Origin: Cyanobium sp. M30B3
GTDB lineage: Bacteria; Cyanobacteriota; Cyanobacteriia; PCC-6307; Cyanobiaceae
NCBI GenBank assembly: GCA_018399015.1
Contig: CP073761.1
Location: 3,010,465 to 3,074,464 of the forward strand
Direction of reading: 5' to 3'
Length of the DNA: 64,000 nucleotides
This document shows, piece after piece, positions 28,914-37,593 of the stretch; position 1 is the stretch's first letter; every line of letters begins with the position of its first letter. The notes beneath the pieces were generated by a model. It was not told the DNA's origin and searched no databases. It was given only the letters and a program-made list of their open reading frames with translations. The position numbers were made by a program, and so were the translations under genes.

Positions 28914-30731
28914 TGTCCGCCGACAATGAAGTTGGCCGGCGCTTTGCATCAATCAATTGTTACCCATCTTGGTTGACGCCCGGTAGCACTGGCATCTCCC
29001 CGGTTCCGCTTCCCTGCATCCCTGGGCTTGGGGCCGCTGCCGCAGCGGCCATCTCCTGCTCGATCCACTGCAGCCGGTAACCGCGCAGGCGCCTCTGAAG
29101 GGTGCGCAGGTGGCGCTTGCCGTAGCGCTGGGGGTGCAGCTCGATCAGCCACGCCAACACGGTCTTGGCGTTGAGATGGGGCTCGGCCTGCAGCCATTGC
29201 TCGATTCGCTCCACATCCGGCTCGAATGGGTCAGGCCGAGTGCGTTTGCCCGTCCGTGGCTTGGATTTGCGCCGCCGGGGCTGGTTGTTCTGCCAGAGGG
29301 TCTGCAACCCGCCAAGGAACACCTCGAGCGATCGGTTCTCCGCCGCCAGATCCCGCTCCGTTGCGGCTCCCTGCAGGCCAGCACCGGTCTCACCGCTGGC
29401 CAGCACAGCCAGCTGTCCCTGGCAGCGCCGGATCGTGGTGAGCAGGGCCACCGGGTCGCTGCGCTGCTGCAGTTGCCGCCAATGGGCGGCGCTCTCCTCG
29501 CTCAGCGTGCCACTCGCCAGCAGCCGCTGCAGGGGTGTGCGCGGTGGGTGGTGCTGTCGCTTGATCCGGCCGCCATCGCGCTCGCTGCTTTTGAGCTTGA
29601 ACGAGGGCTGAAACAAATTGGTGAACAGCCGCAAGGCGCCGTACAGCTCCCCCAGCACCTGGGCTGCCTCCAGGCCCTCCAGCCGCTGGTAGCCCACCAC
29701 GCGCCGAACCAGCATCCCGTTCTTCTGCTCCACCCAGGCCTGATCGTTGCTCTGGTACGCCCGTGATCGGGTCAGCACGATCTGATGACCCGGCCGGTCA
29801 CACCAGGCCTCCATCAAGCTGTTCATGAACACCGGGTCGTTGTCTGCATCGATCCCCCGCAGGGGAAACGGCAGCTGCCGCCGGATCAGCTGCAACGCCG
29901 TGAGCACCACTGCACCCTCTCGCACCAGGATCGGCAGGCTTTCGCTCCAGCCGGTGGCGATATCGGTCGCCACCAGGGTCCACAGAAAGGGACCCTGCAT
30001 GCGCCCGCCGCAGTGCGCCACCAGGTCGATCTCCAGCCAGCCGGGCTCGTGGTGATCGCTCCAGCCCTTGAACGTGCGCACAGGCACCCGCCGCCGCACA
30101 GCGCTGAAGGCCCGCGGCGGCCGTCGCCAGTTGTTAGCCGTGCTCGCTTTGCGGATCGGTGCCAACAGCCGATCGATCGTGGCGCTGCTCATCGCCAGCA
30201 TCTGCTCGCGCACTTCAGGCTCAAGCTGGAGGTGCCCGTGCTGCTCCAGCGACGCCACCAGCAGCGGCAGCAACGCCGCCAGGCGCTTGCCGCACAGCCG
30301 ATCACTCGCCTCCCACAGCGGTACCAGGGCTGCTGCCGCCTCCTGGCCATACCAGCGGCGCGGGTGGGGTTTGAGAGCTGCTGCGGGATCGCCCTGCTCA
30401 CCACAGGCACCATCAAGCACCAGGGCAGCGGCAGGGCACTTCCGGTTGAGCCGCCGCAGCAGTGATTTGCGGTGGTAGCCCGTGATCCCCTGCAGCTCAT
30501 CCAGCAGCCGGCGCTTCCCTGCAGCACTCAGGCCCCCGTAGCGCTGGCGGGCCGCCTCCAGTGCGGCCCGTCTGCGCTGCGGATCAGGGCCGGCCGCTCC
30601 ACCCTCACGCCTCCCGGCTGCAGCACCACTCGGAATGGCCACCACCCCGCGCCAGACATTGATGCAACAACCTTATGCGGGTAACCATTGCTGTGATGCA
30701 ATGCGCCCGCCAACGTAGTTGACACCGGGCA
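28914..30731 (-). mobile_element. Insertion sequence (about 1.8 kb) with long imperfect terminal inverted repeats
   Basis: The left end 28914-28965 (tgtccgccgacaatgaagttggccggcgctttgcatcaatcaattgttaccc) pairs with the reverse complement of 30679-30731 (tgcccggtgtcaactacgttggcgggcgcattgcatcacagcaatggttaccc). A single transposase ORF lies between them. The exact termini are approximate and no target-site duplication was identified. Confidence 0.7.
28960..30645 (-). CDS. DDE (integrase-core/rve) transposase
   Basis: The D..D..E triad context is WLEIDLVAHCG, LRGIDADNDPVFMN, NDQAWVEQKNG. There is an N-terminal HTH-like region, and the layout resembles the long ISNCY-type transposases. The family assignment needs ISfinder. 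Confidence 0.85.
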   Translation of the reverse strand: MVAIPSGAAAGRREGGAAGPDPQRRRAALEAARQRYGGLSAAGKRRLLDELQGITGYHRKSLLRRLNRKCPAAALVLDGACGEQGDPAAALKPHPRRWYGQEAAAALVPLWEASDRLCGKRLAALLPLLVASLEQHGHLQLEPEVREQMLAMSSATIDRLLAPIRKASTANNWRRPPRAFSAVRRRVPVRTFKGWSDHHEPGWLEIDLVAHCGGRMQGPFLWTLVATDIATGWSESLPILVREGAVVLTALQLIRRQLPFPLRGIDADNDPVFMNSLMEAWCDRPGHQIVLTRSRAYQSNDQAWVEQKNGMLVRRVVGYQRLEGLEAAQVLGELYGALRLFTNLFQPSFKLKSSERDGGRIKRQHHPPRTPLQRLLASGTLSEESAAHWRQLQQRSDPVALLTTIRRCQGQLAVLASGETGAGLQGAATERDLAAENRSLEVFLGGLQTLWQNNQPRRRKSKPRTGKRTRPDPFEPDVERIEQWLQAEPHLNAKTVLAWLIELHPQRYGKRHLRTLQRRLRGYRLQWIEQEMAAAAAAPSPGMQGSGTGEMPVLPGVNQDG

Positions 30732-31208
30732 CTGGATGGAAGTGTTACTCAAGAGAAGGCCTTGGCAAGGGCCCCTCCGGATCCAGTCCAGACACAAAAA
30801 CATTCGTTTTTCGTCATGGCGCACGCAGTGCGGTACCTATGCAAGGAGTTTCTGGATTCGGGGCACTGCGCAGGGGCGAGGTGCGGCCCTGCATCAAGGG
30901 GAAGTTCTAGACTTTCAACGCATTGGCAGCTGCGCTTCTGACTGGAACTGGTCCACGCTTCTGGGGAAAGGTAAAGTCACTGATAAGATCACAGTTAATG
31001 GTCCAAGGCCGGTCCAAGCGAACGCAGCAACCTCTCCAAGGCACTTAGAGAAATGACAGCTTCAAACAGAGCCATCCGATAACATCTACTCGCTTTCAGC
31101 CCAAGAAAAACAATTTTTTGTGAAAACCGGCTCATCCTCATCCTACGCTAGCTGCATCACAATGATCCATCGCGCCCACTCTCTAGATAAAGGCTGGAGC
31201 AATCGTTG

Positions 31209-32672
31209 ATGGGGGAGATACGGGTTGGCATCATCGGGGCAGGGCCAGCAGGCCTCACATCAGCTTATCTGCTAAGCAAAGAAGGCCTGAAGCCCACCGT
31301 CTGGGAATTGGATCCGACTTACGTGGGGGGAATCTCCCGCACCGAGGTGTACAAGGGCTATCGCTTTGACATCGGCGGCCATCGCTTTTTCTCCAAATCG
31401 CAGGAGGTGGAGGATCTCTGGAGCGAGCTGCTTCCCGATGATCTGCTCACCTGTTCGCGTCTGTCGCGCATCTACTACCGAGGCAGGTTTTATTCCTACC
31501 CGCTCGAAGTTGGGGAGGTGATTAAAAATTTGGGCAAGCGCGAGTCGCTGCTCACTGTCGCCTCTTACCTCAAGGCGAAATTACTCTCAAATCCCGAACC
31601 AGATAATCTCGAAGACTGGGTGACAGGCAAGTTCGGAGGGCGCCTATACCACATGTTTTTCAAAAGCTACACGGAAAAGGTTTGGGGCATGCCATGCCGA
31701 GAAATCTCCGCCGACTGGGCAGCTCAGCGAATCAAAGGCCTGTCATTGAGCAAGGCGGCCCGGAATGCGCTGTGGCCACAGCCAAGCCCCACAGAGTCTG
31801 GTAGTAGTCGTGCCGCACAGATCAAGACCCTGATCACCTCCTTCCGCTACCCGCGCCTTGGCCCCGGCATGCTGTGGGAGGCAACGGCGGAGAAGGTCAC
31901 CGCTAATGGTGGCAGCATCCGGATGGACACCAGGGTCACCGCTGTGGAGCACACACCCGCTGACACCTGGCGGGTCACCGCAAGGCAGGGAAATCAGAGC
32001 AGCCGGCATGAGGTGGACCATCTGATCAGCTCAGCCCCCCTTGGATGGCTGATCCAGACGATCCTACCCCAACTCCCCGAGGAGGTTCGCGAAGCAGCCA
32101 GGGGCCTTCGCTATCGCGATTTTCTCACCGTTGCCCTGATCGTCAGACCCCGCGTTTCCTTCGCAGATAACTGGCTTTACATCCATGATCCAGATCTGAA
32201 AGTGGGCCGTATTCAGAACTTCGGTAACTGGTCAGCTGCAATGGTTCCCGAGCCTGGCATGGCCTGCTACGGCTTGGAATACTTCACAAGCGAGGATGAA
32301 TCACTCTGGAAGATGCAGGATGCTGAGCTGATCGCCCTTGCCAACCGCGAACTCGAAGCCCTCCAACTGGTCCATCCCGGCGATGTGCTCGATGCGGCGG
32401 TCGTACGCCAGCCAAAGGCCTATCCCGTCTACGACGACGACTACAGCCACAGGCGCCAGATCATCCGCAAAGCACTGGAGACCCACTGCCCGCGCCTGCA
32501 CGTAGTGGGGCGCAATGGCATGCATCAATACAACAACCAGGATCACTCGATGATGACGGCGATGCTGACAGCAAGGAATATCCTTTCAGGCGAGCAGATT
32601 TACGACACATGGAACGTTAATCAGGATGCGGAGTATCATGAAGAGAAGGCTGGTCAAGGGCAGATAGAGTAG
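31209..32672 (+). CDS. NAD(P)/FAD-dependent oxidoreductase (amine-oxidase/UDP-galactopyranose-mutase-like fold)
   Basis: [17 protein letters not shown] dinucleotide motif, then [24 protein letters not shown] at 31206 is an alternative start. Confidence 0.78.
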   Translation: MGEIRVGIIGAGPAGLTSAYLLSKEGLKPTVWELDPTYVGGISRTEVYKGYRFDIGGHRFFSKSQEVEDLWSELLPDDLLTCSRLSRIYYRGRFYSYPLEVGEVIKNLGKRESLLTVASYLKAKLLSNPEPDNLEDWVTGKFGGRLYHMFFKSYTEKVWGMPCREISADWAAQRIKGLSLSKAARNALWPQPSPTESGSSRAAQIKTLITSFRYPRLGPGMLWEATAEKVTANGGSIRMDTRVTAVEHTPADTWRVTARQGNQSSRHEVDHLISSAPLGWLIQTILPQLPEEVREAARGLRYRDFLTVALIVRPRVSFADNWLYIHDPDLKVGRIQNFGNWSAAMVPEPGMACYGLEYFTSEDESLWKMQDAELIALANRELEALQLVHPGDVLDAAVVRQPKAYPVYDDDYSHRRQIIRKALETHCPRLHVVGRNGMHQYNNQDHSMMTAMLTARNILSGEQIYDTWNVNQDAEYHEEKAGQGQIE

Positions 32673-32674
32673 TT

Positions 32675-32710
32675 ACTATTAGGACTATTAGGACTATTAG
32701 GACTATTAGG
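32675..32710. repeat. Perfect 9-bp tandem repeat (actattagg x4)
   Basis: Read directly from the sequence. It begins 3 nt after the oxidoreductase stop codon. Confidence 0.95.
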
Positions 32711-33177
32711 GGTCTCCTGCAAAGCCAAATGCTATACAGCACAGCTCGCCTACGCGATCGACGGTCGGCAAACTGACGACGAACCCGGCAATCGACAGTT
32801 GCCATGACAGCTAAGCCCTACACAGGTACAGCAAGCACCATAACAGCCTATTCTAAATACAGGGGCTCCACGCACCCTTGGCTAGGACGTCTAATCCCAA
32901 GAACCGCTGGGTTCTCTTCTCCTGACTGACCTCTTAGGAAGAGCTAGAGGAAGCATATACACCTCAGTTGAACACTACGACTGGTGTGTCTGAGAAATCC
33001 CTAAGGCTTGCGATTGATGCCTTGTTTATCCAGCAATGGCTTAGATTTGAGGTCACTGGCCTGGCATTGCCGCCGGGGAACGAACCGAGCCTGCTTGCAC
33101 AGCTGGGGCAGGAGCAGCGGCCAGATCACCGCCCGAGCAACATCCGTGAGCAGGCCCTACTGGCGGAGTAGGTGGCC

Positions 33178-33515
33178 GAAACACGACAGGAGCTGGTACC
33201 GCCGCAGCGCAATCGATGTGAGCAACGCTCACGGCCGGCAGCAAATCATGCAGGAGATCGCCGCCGATCACGCCATCCACCCGATCCAAGTGAGCCAGTG
33301 GAAGCGCCAGCTGCTGGACGGTATCAAGCGATGGTTGGGAGGCTAAGTGCATGGACCGCTTCCTGTGGAGGTACTGCCACGTAAGGCCGCACAGCTCCCT
33401 GGGAGACAGAACTCCCCATGAGGTCTACACTGAGACGGAACCCTGCTCCTCCTGCCCGGAGGTAACGATGTCAGGGGCCAGATCTGTCCAACAAAAGGCA
33501 TACACCTCAATCTGA
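33178..33515 (+). pseudogene. IS3-family transposase remnant (OrfA HTH piece joined to the OrfB C-terminal piece)
   Basis: MQEIAADHAIHPIQVSQWKRQLLDG resembles the IS3/IS911 OrfA HTH. Immediately downstream (33351-33515), FLWRYCHVRPHSSLGDRTPHEVY resembles the extreme C-terminus of IS3 OrfB (Y..RPHS.LG.RTP.EV). The catalytic DDE core is missing. Confidence 0.65.
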
Positions 33516-33523
33516 CGGCAACA

Positions 33524-34006
33524 ATGTTACCGCTAGCGACATTAGAACTAAATAGAGATATAAGATTGGTGCCAGTCGACAGAGACAAGACGTCGCTCTT
33601 CATAGATTTTGAAAATTCCCAGCGGGATCGGCAGGTTGGCAAAGCACTAAAGGAACATCTGGAAGCCTTTGGTCCTTTCTTTGCCCTGATGGCACAAGCC
33701 AATGAAAAATTGGTTGGCAGCATACGGGCTAGAATCTTCCATGAACTGGACCCAACACATAGAACAGTTTTGATAGCCCATTTTTGCGTCGACAAAGATT
33801 ACCAAGGGCTTGGGATTGGTTCGGCGATGGTCAAGCATCTTGTCAGTTCATATAAAAGAGATGAACAGATCCATGCAATAGCAGCCGAGGTAGATTACTG
33901 GAATTTGCCATCGCTTAGGGTTTTTGAGAAAAATCAGTTTAAGCCGAGCATGCAAAGCTTAAACATCAAGAAGATTATCCTTAAGAATCAGCTGAAGGCA
34001 CAATAG
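33524..34006 (+). CDS. GNAT family N-acetyltransferase
   Basis: Motif A is VDKDYQGLGIGSAMVKHL, with a downstream N..SLRVFEKNQFK. The sequence is AT-rich relative to the flanks. Confidence 0.72.
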   Translation: MLPLATLELNRDIRLVPVDRDKTSLFIDFENSQRDRQVGKALKEHLEAFGPFFALMAQANEKLVGSIRARIFHELDPTHRTVLIAHFCVDKDYQGLGIGSAMVKHLVSSYKRDEQIHAIAAEVDYWNLPSLRVFEKNQFKPSMQSLNIKKIILKNQLKAQ

Positions 34007-34080
34007 TGATGCTATTGCCACTGATGAAGTCCTCCTGTAGTCTTAAATAAATCCCATGTAATGCAAAAAGCTGAGCATTT

Positions 34081-35034
34081 ATGAATCATTTCCACATTGA
34101 TATTGAGCGAATCGATGCGGATGTCGCATTGCGGCTCTGGCAGGAGGCTAGCGAGGCCAGTGTATTTACCCACCCAAGTATTCTGTCTGCTTTATGCCAT
34201 GAAGTGCAGTGGTGGCTCGCAACGGAGGCAGGTAGACCGGCTTGCCTTTGGCCCGTATGCCTTGATCAAAACAACCAGATCTACAGGCCAGACTTTACTT
34301 ATTATCTTGGCCCAGTCCAGCTTGGCATGCAAGAACCTTCGCCCAGAGGACGCCTGCTCAAGGCTGTCGAGGTTCAACATAAACTGCTGGATGTGCTTAC
34401 AGACAGCTATGAAGAGGTGCGCTGGAGCACGCTCCCTGGCGAGCGGGATCTGCGCCCATGGCTGTGGTTTGAAAAGCACGGTCGCCACCCAATTGCACAA
34501 CCGCGCCACACAGCATGGATTGAGGATTTAAGTCGCTTTAAGGACAATGATAGCCTCGTCTACTTCGGTCGAAAACGACGCCAAGATTACCGCACAGCTC
34601 TTGAGGGCGGCGCGGTACTCGTGCCTGAGATCACGATTGGTCGCGTGAAAGAGTTGTATTACTCGACGCTTGAGGCAAACAATGCCGCCGATAAGGCACT
34701 GCGGAGGATGGATAGCGTTGAGTCCTTGTACGAACTGGCCCAGCAAGGGCACGGGTTTGTGCTGGCCTGCGGTTTAGCGCAAGACATGCTGCCACGTGCC
34801 TTTTGTTTGGTGCTGCTTGGCAAGGCGCGGGCCAATGCCGTAATTGCCGCATCCGACTCTCTCTGGCGCGGCAAAGACTTCAATCCCTTTCTCCAACTCA
34901 ATCTGTTGATGCGGGCCAATGCCGAGAATGCAACCCTATACGACTTCAACGGAGCGAATTCACTTCTACTCAGTAGCGATAAGCACAGCTATGGAGCAGA
35001 AGTAAAAATGTACTTCGACCTACACTGGCGCTGA
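34081..35034 (+). CDS. FemAB-like / Acetyltransf_6-type (GNAT-fold) acyl- or aminoacyl-transferase
   Basis: The 317-aa protein has a size and pattern (GRKRRQDYRTALEGG..., ...LYDFNGAN) reminiscent of FemAB/BioF2-like acetyltransferases. The assignment is tentative. Confidence 0.45.
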   Translation: MNHFHIDIERIDADVALRLWQEASEASVFTHPSILSALCHEVQWWLATEAGRPACLWPVCLDQNNQIYRPDFTYYLGPVQLGMQEPSPRGRLLKAVEVQHKLLDVLTDSYEEVRWSTLPGERDLRPWLWFEKHGRHPIAQPRHTAWIEDLSRFKDNDSLVYFGRKRRQDYRTALEGGAVLVPEITIGRVKELYYSTLEANNAADKALRRMDSVESLYELAQQGHGFVLACGLAQDMLPRAFCLVLLGKARANAVIAASDSLWRGKDFNPFLQLNLLMRANAENATLYDFNGANSLLLSSDKHSYGAEVKMYFDLHWR

Positions 35035-35039
35035 ACACG

Positions 35040-36068
35040 ATGCAGCGGCGAATTGAGCAGAGCATCTTTGAAGGACCGCACGGGCCCTGGCTCATCGCCG
35101 AGATCGGCGGCAACCACGAGGGGGATTTCGATGCTGCCCTCCGGCTCGCCGACCTCGCCCTTGAGGCGGGCGCCGATGCCGTCAAGTTCCAGGTGTATTA
35201 CGGCGATACGCTGGTATCTTCAGTTGCCAGCCCAGACCGCAACGCCCACTTCAAGCGATTCGAACTCGCGCCACAGCAGCACCTGGCCCTCGCCGAACGC
35301 GTGCTTGCTGCCGGCCGCGGCTATGTGGCGTCGGTGTGGGACATCAAAGCTTTCGACTGGATCACGCCCGTGCTCTCCGCCTGCAAGATCGGCAGCGGTG
35401 ACCTCACCGCGCCCCCTTTCCTAAGGGCGGCGGCCCATACCGGAAAGCCGATCCTGCTCTCTACCGGCCTTGCCGACATGGCCGAGGTTGCCGCAGCCGT
35501 GGAGGACATCCGCTGTGCAAATCCGGCATATCAAGAGCGCTCGCAACTCGCCCTGCTCCAGTGCACCACGATGTACCCGATCGCCGACGCCGACGCCCAC
35601 CTTGCTGTGATGGGTTCCTTCGCCAGCCTGGGCGTGACTGTGGGCTACTCCGACCACACGCTCGGCACCAAGGCCCTTGAGGTGGCCGCAGCCATGGGAG
35701 CCGAAGTACTCGAGTTTCACTTCACCGACAACAAGCAAGACCGCGCCTTTCGCGACCATCAGCTCTCGCTGGATGGGGCAGACCTGCGGAACCTAATCCA
35801 TGCGCTGGAGGACATCCGCACCCTGCAAGGCACTGGTATCAAGCAGCCGCTGCCCATCGAAGTCTCAAATGATCATCCGCGTTCCTTCCGGCGGGCAGTG
35901 TATCCTTCGCGCGACATCGAGGCAGGTGAGGTTCTCGACACAGACAACGTTTGCGTGCTGCGGCCAAATCAGGGTATCGATGCCCGCGATTACGACCGAG
36001 TAGTTGGCCGCTTGGCTCGCCGGCAGCTCCGGCGTCACGAGCCCCTCATGTGGCAGGACATCATCTGA
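35040..36068 (+). CDS. NeuB/PseI/LegI-family nonulosonic acid (sialic-acid-type) synthase
   Basis: WLIAEIGGNHEGDFDAALRLADLALEAGADAVKFQ, KIGSGDLT and LLSTGL are present. The C-terminal SAF-like domain is RRAVYPSRDIEAGEVL...V.VLRP. Confidence 0.85.
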   Translation: MQRRIEQSIFEGPHGPWLIAEIGGNHEGDFDAALRLADLALEAGADAVKFQVYYGDTLVSSVASPDRNAHFKRFELAPQQHLALAERVLAAGRGYVASVWDIKAFDWITPVLSACKIGSGDLTAPPFLRAAAHTGKPILLSTGLADMAEVAAAVEDIRCANPAYQERSQLALLQCTTMYPIADADAHLAVMGSFASLGVTVGYSDHTLGTKALEVAAAMGAEVLEFHFTDNKQDRAFRDHQLSLDGADLRNLIHALEDIRTLQGTGIKQPLPIEVSNDHPRSFRRAVYPSRDIEAGEVLDTDNVCVLRPNQGIDARDYDRVVGRLARRQLRRHEPLMWQDII

Positions 36069-36157
36069 GAACGCCGGAAACCAGCATTGTTTAACCCTGT
36101 GTAATCTGGGAGCCTACGATCAAATAATTCTACCCAAAGCATCCACTTTCTAGTACT

Positions 36158-37537
36158 ATGAATGAATCAGCCCCACTGGTAACAATCTACGTTCCCTGCC
36201 GCAATTATGGCAGATACCTCACGCAATGCGTGAAGAGCGTATTGCATCAACTATACACTAACTGGGAGCTGATTATCATCGACGAGGCGTCGGATGATGA
36301 TACCGTTTCGTTGGCAGGAAGCCTGCGCCAAAGAGACCCAAGTCGAATTACCATAATTAGGAATCCTGAACCAATTGGCCTGCAAAAGCTTGCCAACTAT
36401 GCACTTGGTTTGGCGAACGGGAAGTATACGATGCGGCTCGATGCCGATGACTGGCTGGATGAGGGGGCGATTCTCCTGATGGTCAGCAAGATTGAGGCGT
36501 CTCCAGATGCTGGTCTTGTGTATGGCAATTACTTCTATGTTAACGAAACAGGCGACGTGCTTGGAATGGAGCGCCGACATCGCTTGGGTTCAGAGGATAA
36601 AGTAGGGCACTTGCCTCCCCATGGGGCTTGTACCTTGTTTCGCACCAGAGCGTTGAAAGCGGCGGGTGGCTATTCAGAGGATATCGATGCCCAGGATGGG
36701 TGGGAGCTCTGGTACAAACTCTGCAATCGGGTTGGAGCCGTCAGTCTGGATGTCCCTGTTTTCTACTACCGGCAACATGCCACTTCGCTTAGCCGCGACA
36801 ATCAGCGGCTACTCCAGGCGCGCATGCGAATCTTCGCACAAATCGGCAAGAGCCTCGAAGGAGATTACAAGCCAACCTGCACAGCAGTTATACCTGTTCG
36901 CGAATCCTATCCAGGTAATGAGGGTGTTCCCTATCGTATGATTGATGGCAGCTCACTACTTGAAAGAGCAATTCGATCGGCTGCCGAGGTGGAAAGTGTC
37001 ACGCAAGTCATCGTTTCATCCCAAAGTCAATCCGTTCTTGATTATGCAGCTGGTCTTGAGGCACAGGGCAAAGTTCCACGCCATCTAAGATTGCTGCGAG
37101 ATGATTCAGTTACAGACAACACAAAACTACCGATTTGGGATATCCTGTTGCATGCTGGACAATACTATCAAAAACAGAATGGCTCAAGCACTGACATTAT
37201 TTTGTTCTTGAGCATCCACGCTTTAAACCGGCGTGCCGAGCATATTGAAAAAGCGATCAATGTTTTACGCATCACAGAAAGCGACTCAGTTGTTTCGGTG
37301 AAGGAAGAACGTGATCCAATCTTCTCGCACGGCCCAAGTGGCCTAAAGTTGCTTAACCCTGGCCGCTTTCAAGATCTGAACTATGATCGGGAGAGGCTCT
37401 ATTCATACAACGGAGCTATCATCGGAATATGGTGGGAGATTTTAAATCAGAATGCATTTCTCGGTGATGCAATCAGCTATATAGAAATGAGTGGGGAGGA
37501 TAGTTCTTACAATCAAGCTCGTGCCGGGACAATCTGA
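36158..37537 (+). CDS. Fusion protein: N-terminal family 2 glycosyltransferase plus C-terminal acylneuraminate (CMP-sugar) cytidylyltransferase-like domain
   Basis: N-terminal: LVTIYVPCRNYGRYL..CV.SVL.Q, LIIIDEASDDD, RLDADDW. C-terminal (from about aa 240): CTAVIPVRESYPG..GVPYRMIDGSSLLERAIRSA...VIVSS resembles CTP_transf_3. Confidence 0.68.
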   Translation: MNESAPLVTIYVPCRNYGRYLTQCVKSVLHQLYTNWELIIIDEASDDDTVSLAGSLRQRDPSRITIIRNPEPIGLQKLANYALGLANGKYTMRLDADDWLDEGAILLMVSKIEASPDAGLVYGNYFYVNETGDVLGMERRHRLGSEDKVGHLPPHGACTLFRTRALKAAGGYSEDIDAQDGWELWYKLCNRVGAVSLDVPVFYYRQHATSLSRDNQRLLQARMRIFAQIGKSLEGDYKPTCTAVIPVRESYPGNEGVPYRMIDGSSLLERAIRSAAEVESVTQVIVSSQSQSVLDYAAGLEAQGKVPRHLRLLRDDSVTDNTKLPIWDILLHAGQYYQKQNGSSTDIILFLSIHALNRRAEHIEKAINVLRITESDSVVSVKEERDPIFSHGPSGLKLLNPGRFQDLNYDRERLYSYNGAIIGIWWEILNQNAFLGDAISYIEMSGEDSSYNQARAGTI

Positions 37538-37593
37538 TGCCGAACCAAACGCAATCTTTCCTTGTGCAGGCTCACTTAAGCTGGTTGGATTAA

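Noticed and set aside
28905-30740. Target-site duplication flanking the IS
   Set aside because: The bases just outside the inferred termini (…catgaac | … | ctggatg…) do not match. The termini themselves are approximate, so no TSD is claimed.
32675-32710. Possible CRISPR array
   Set aside because: The units are only 9 bp and are directly abutted with no spacers. There are no cas genes in the window. It is a simple tandem repeat.
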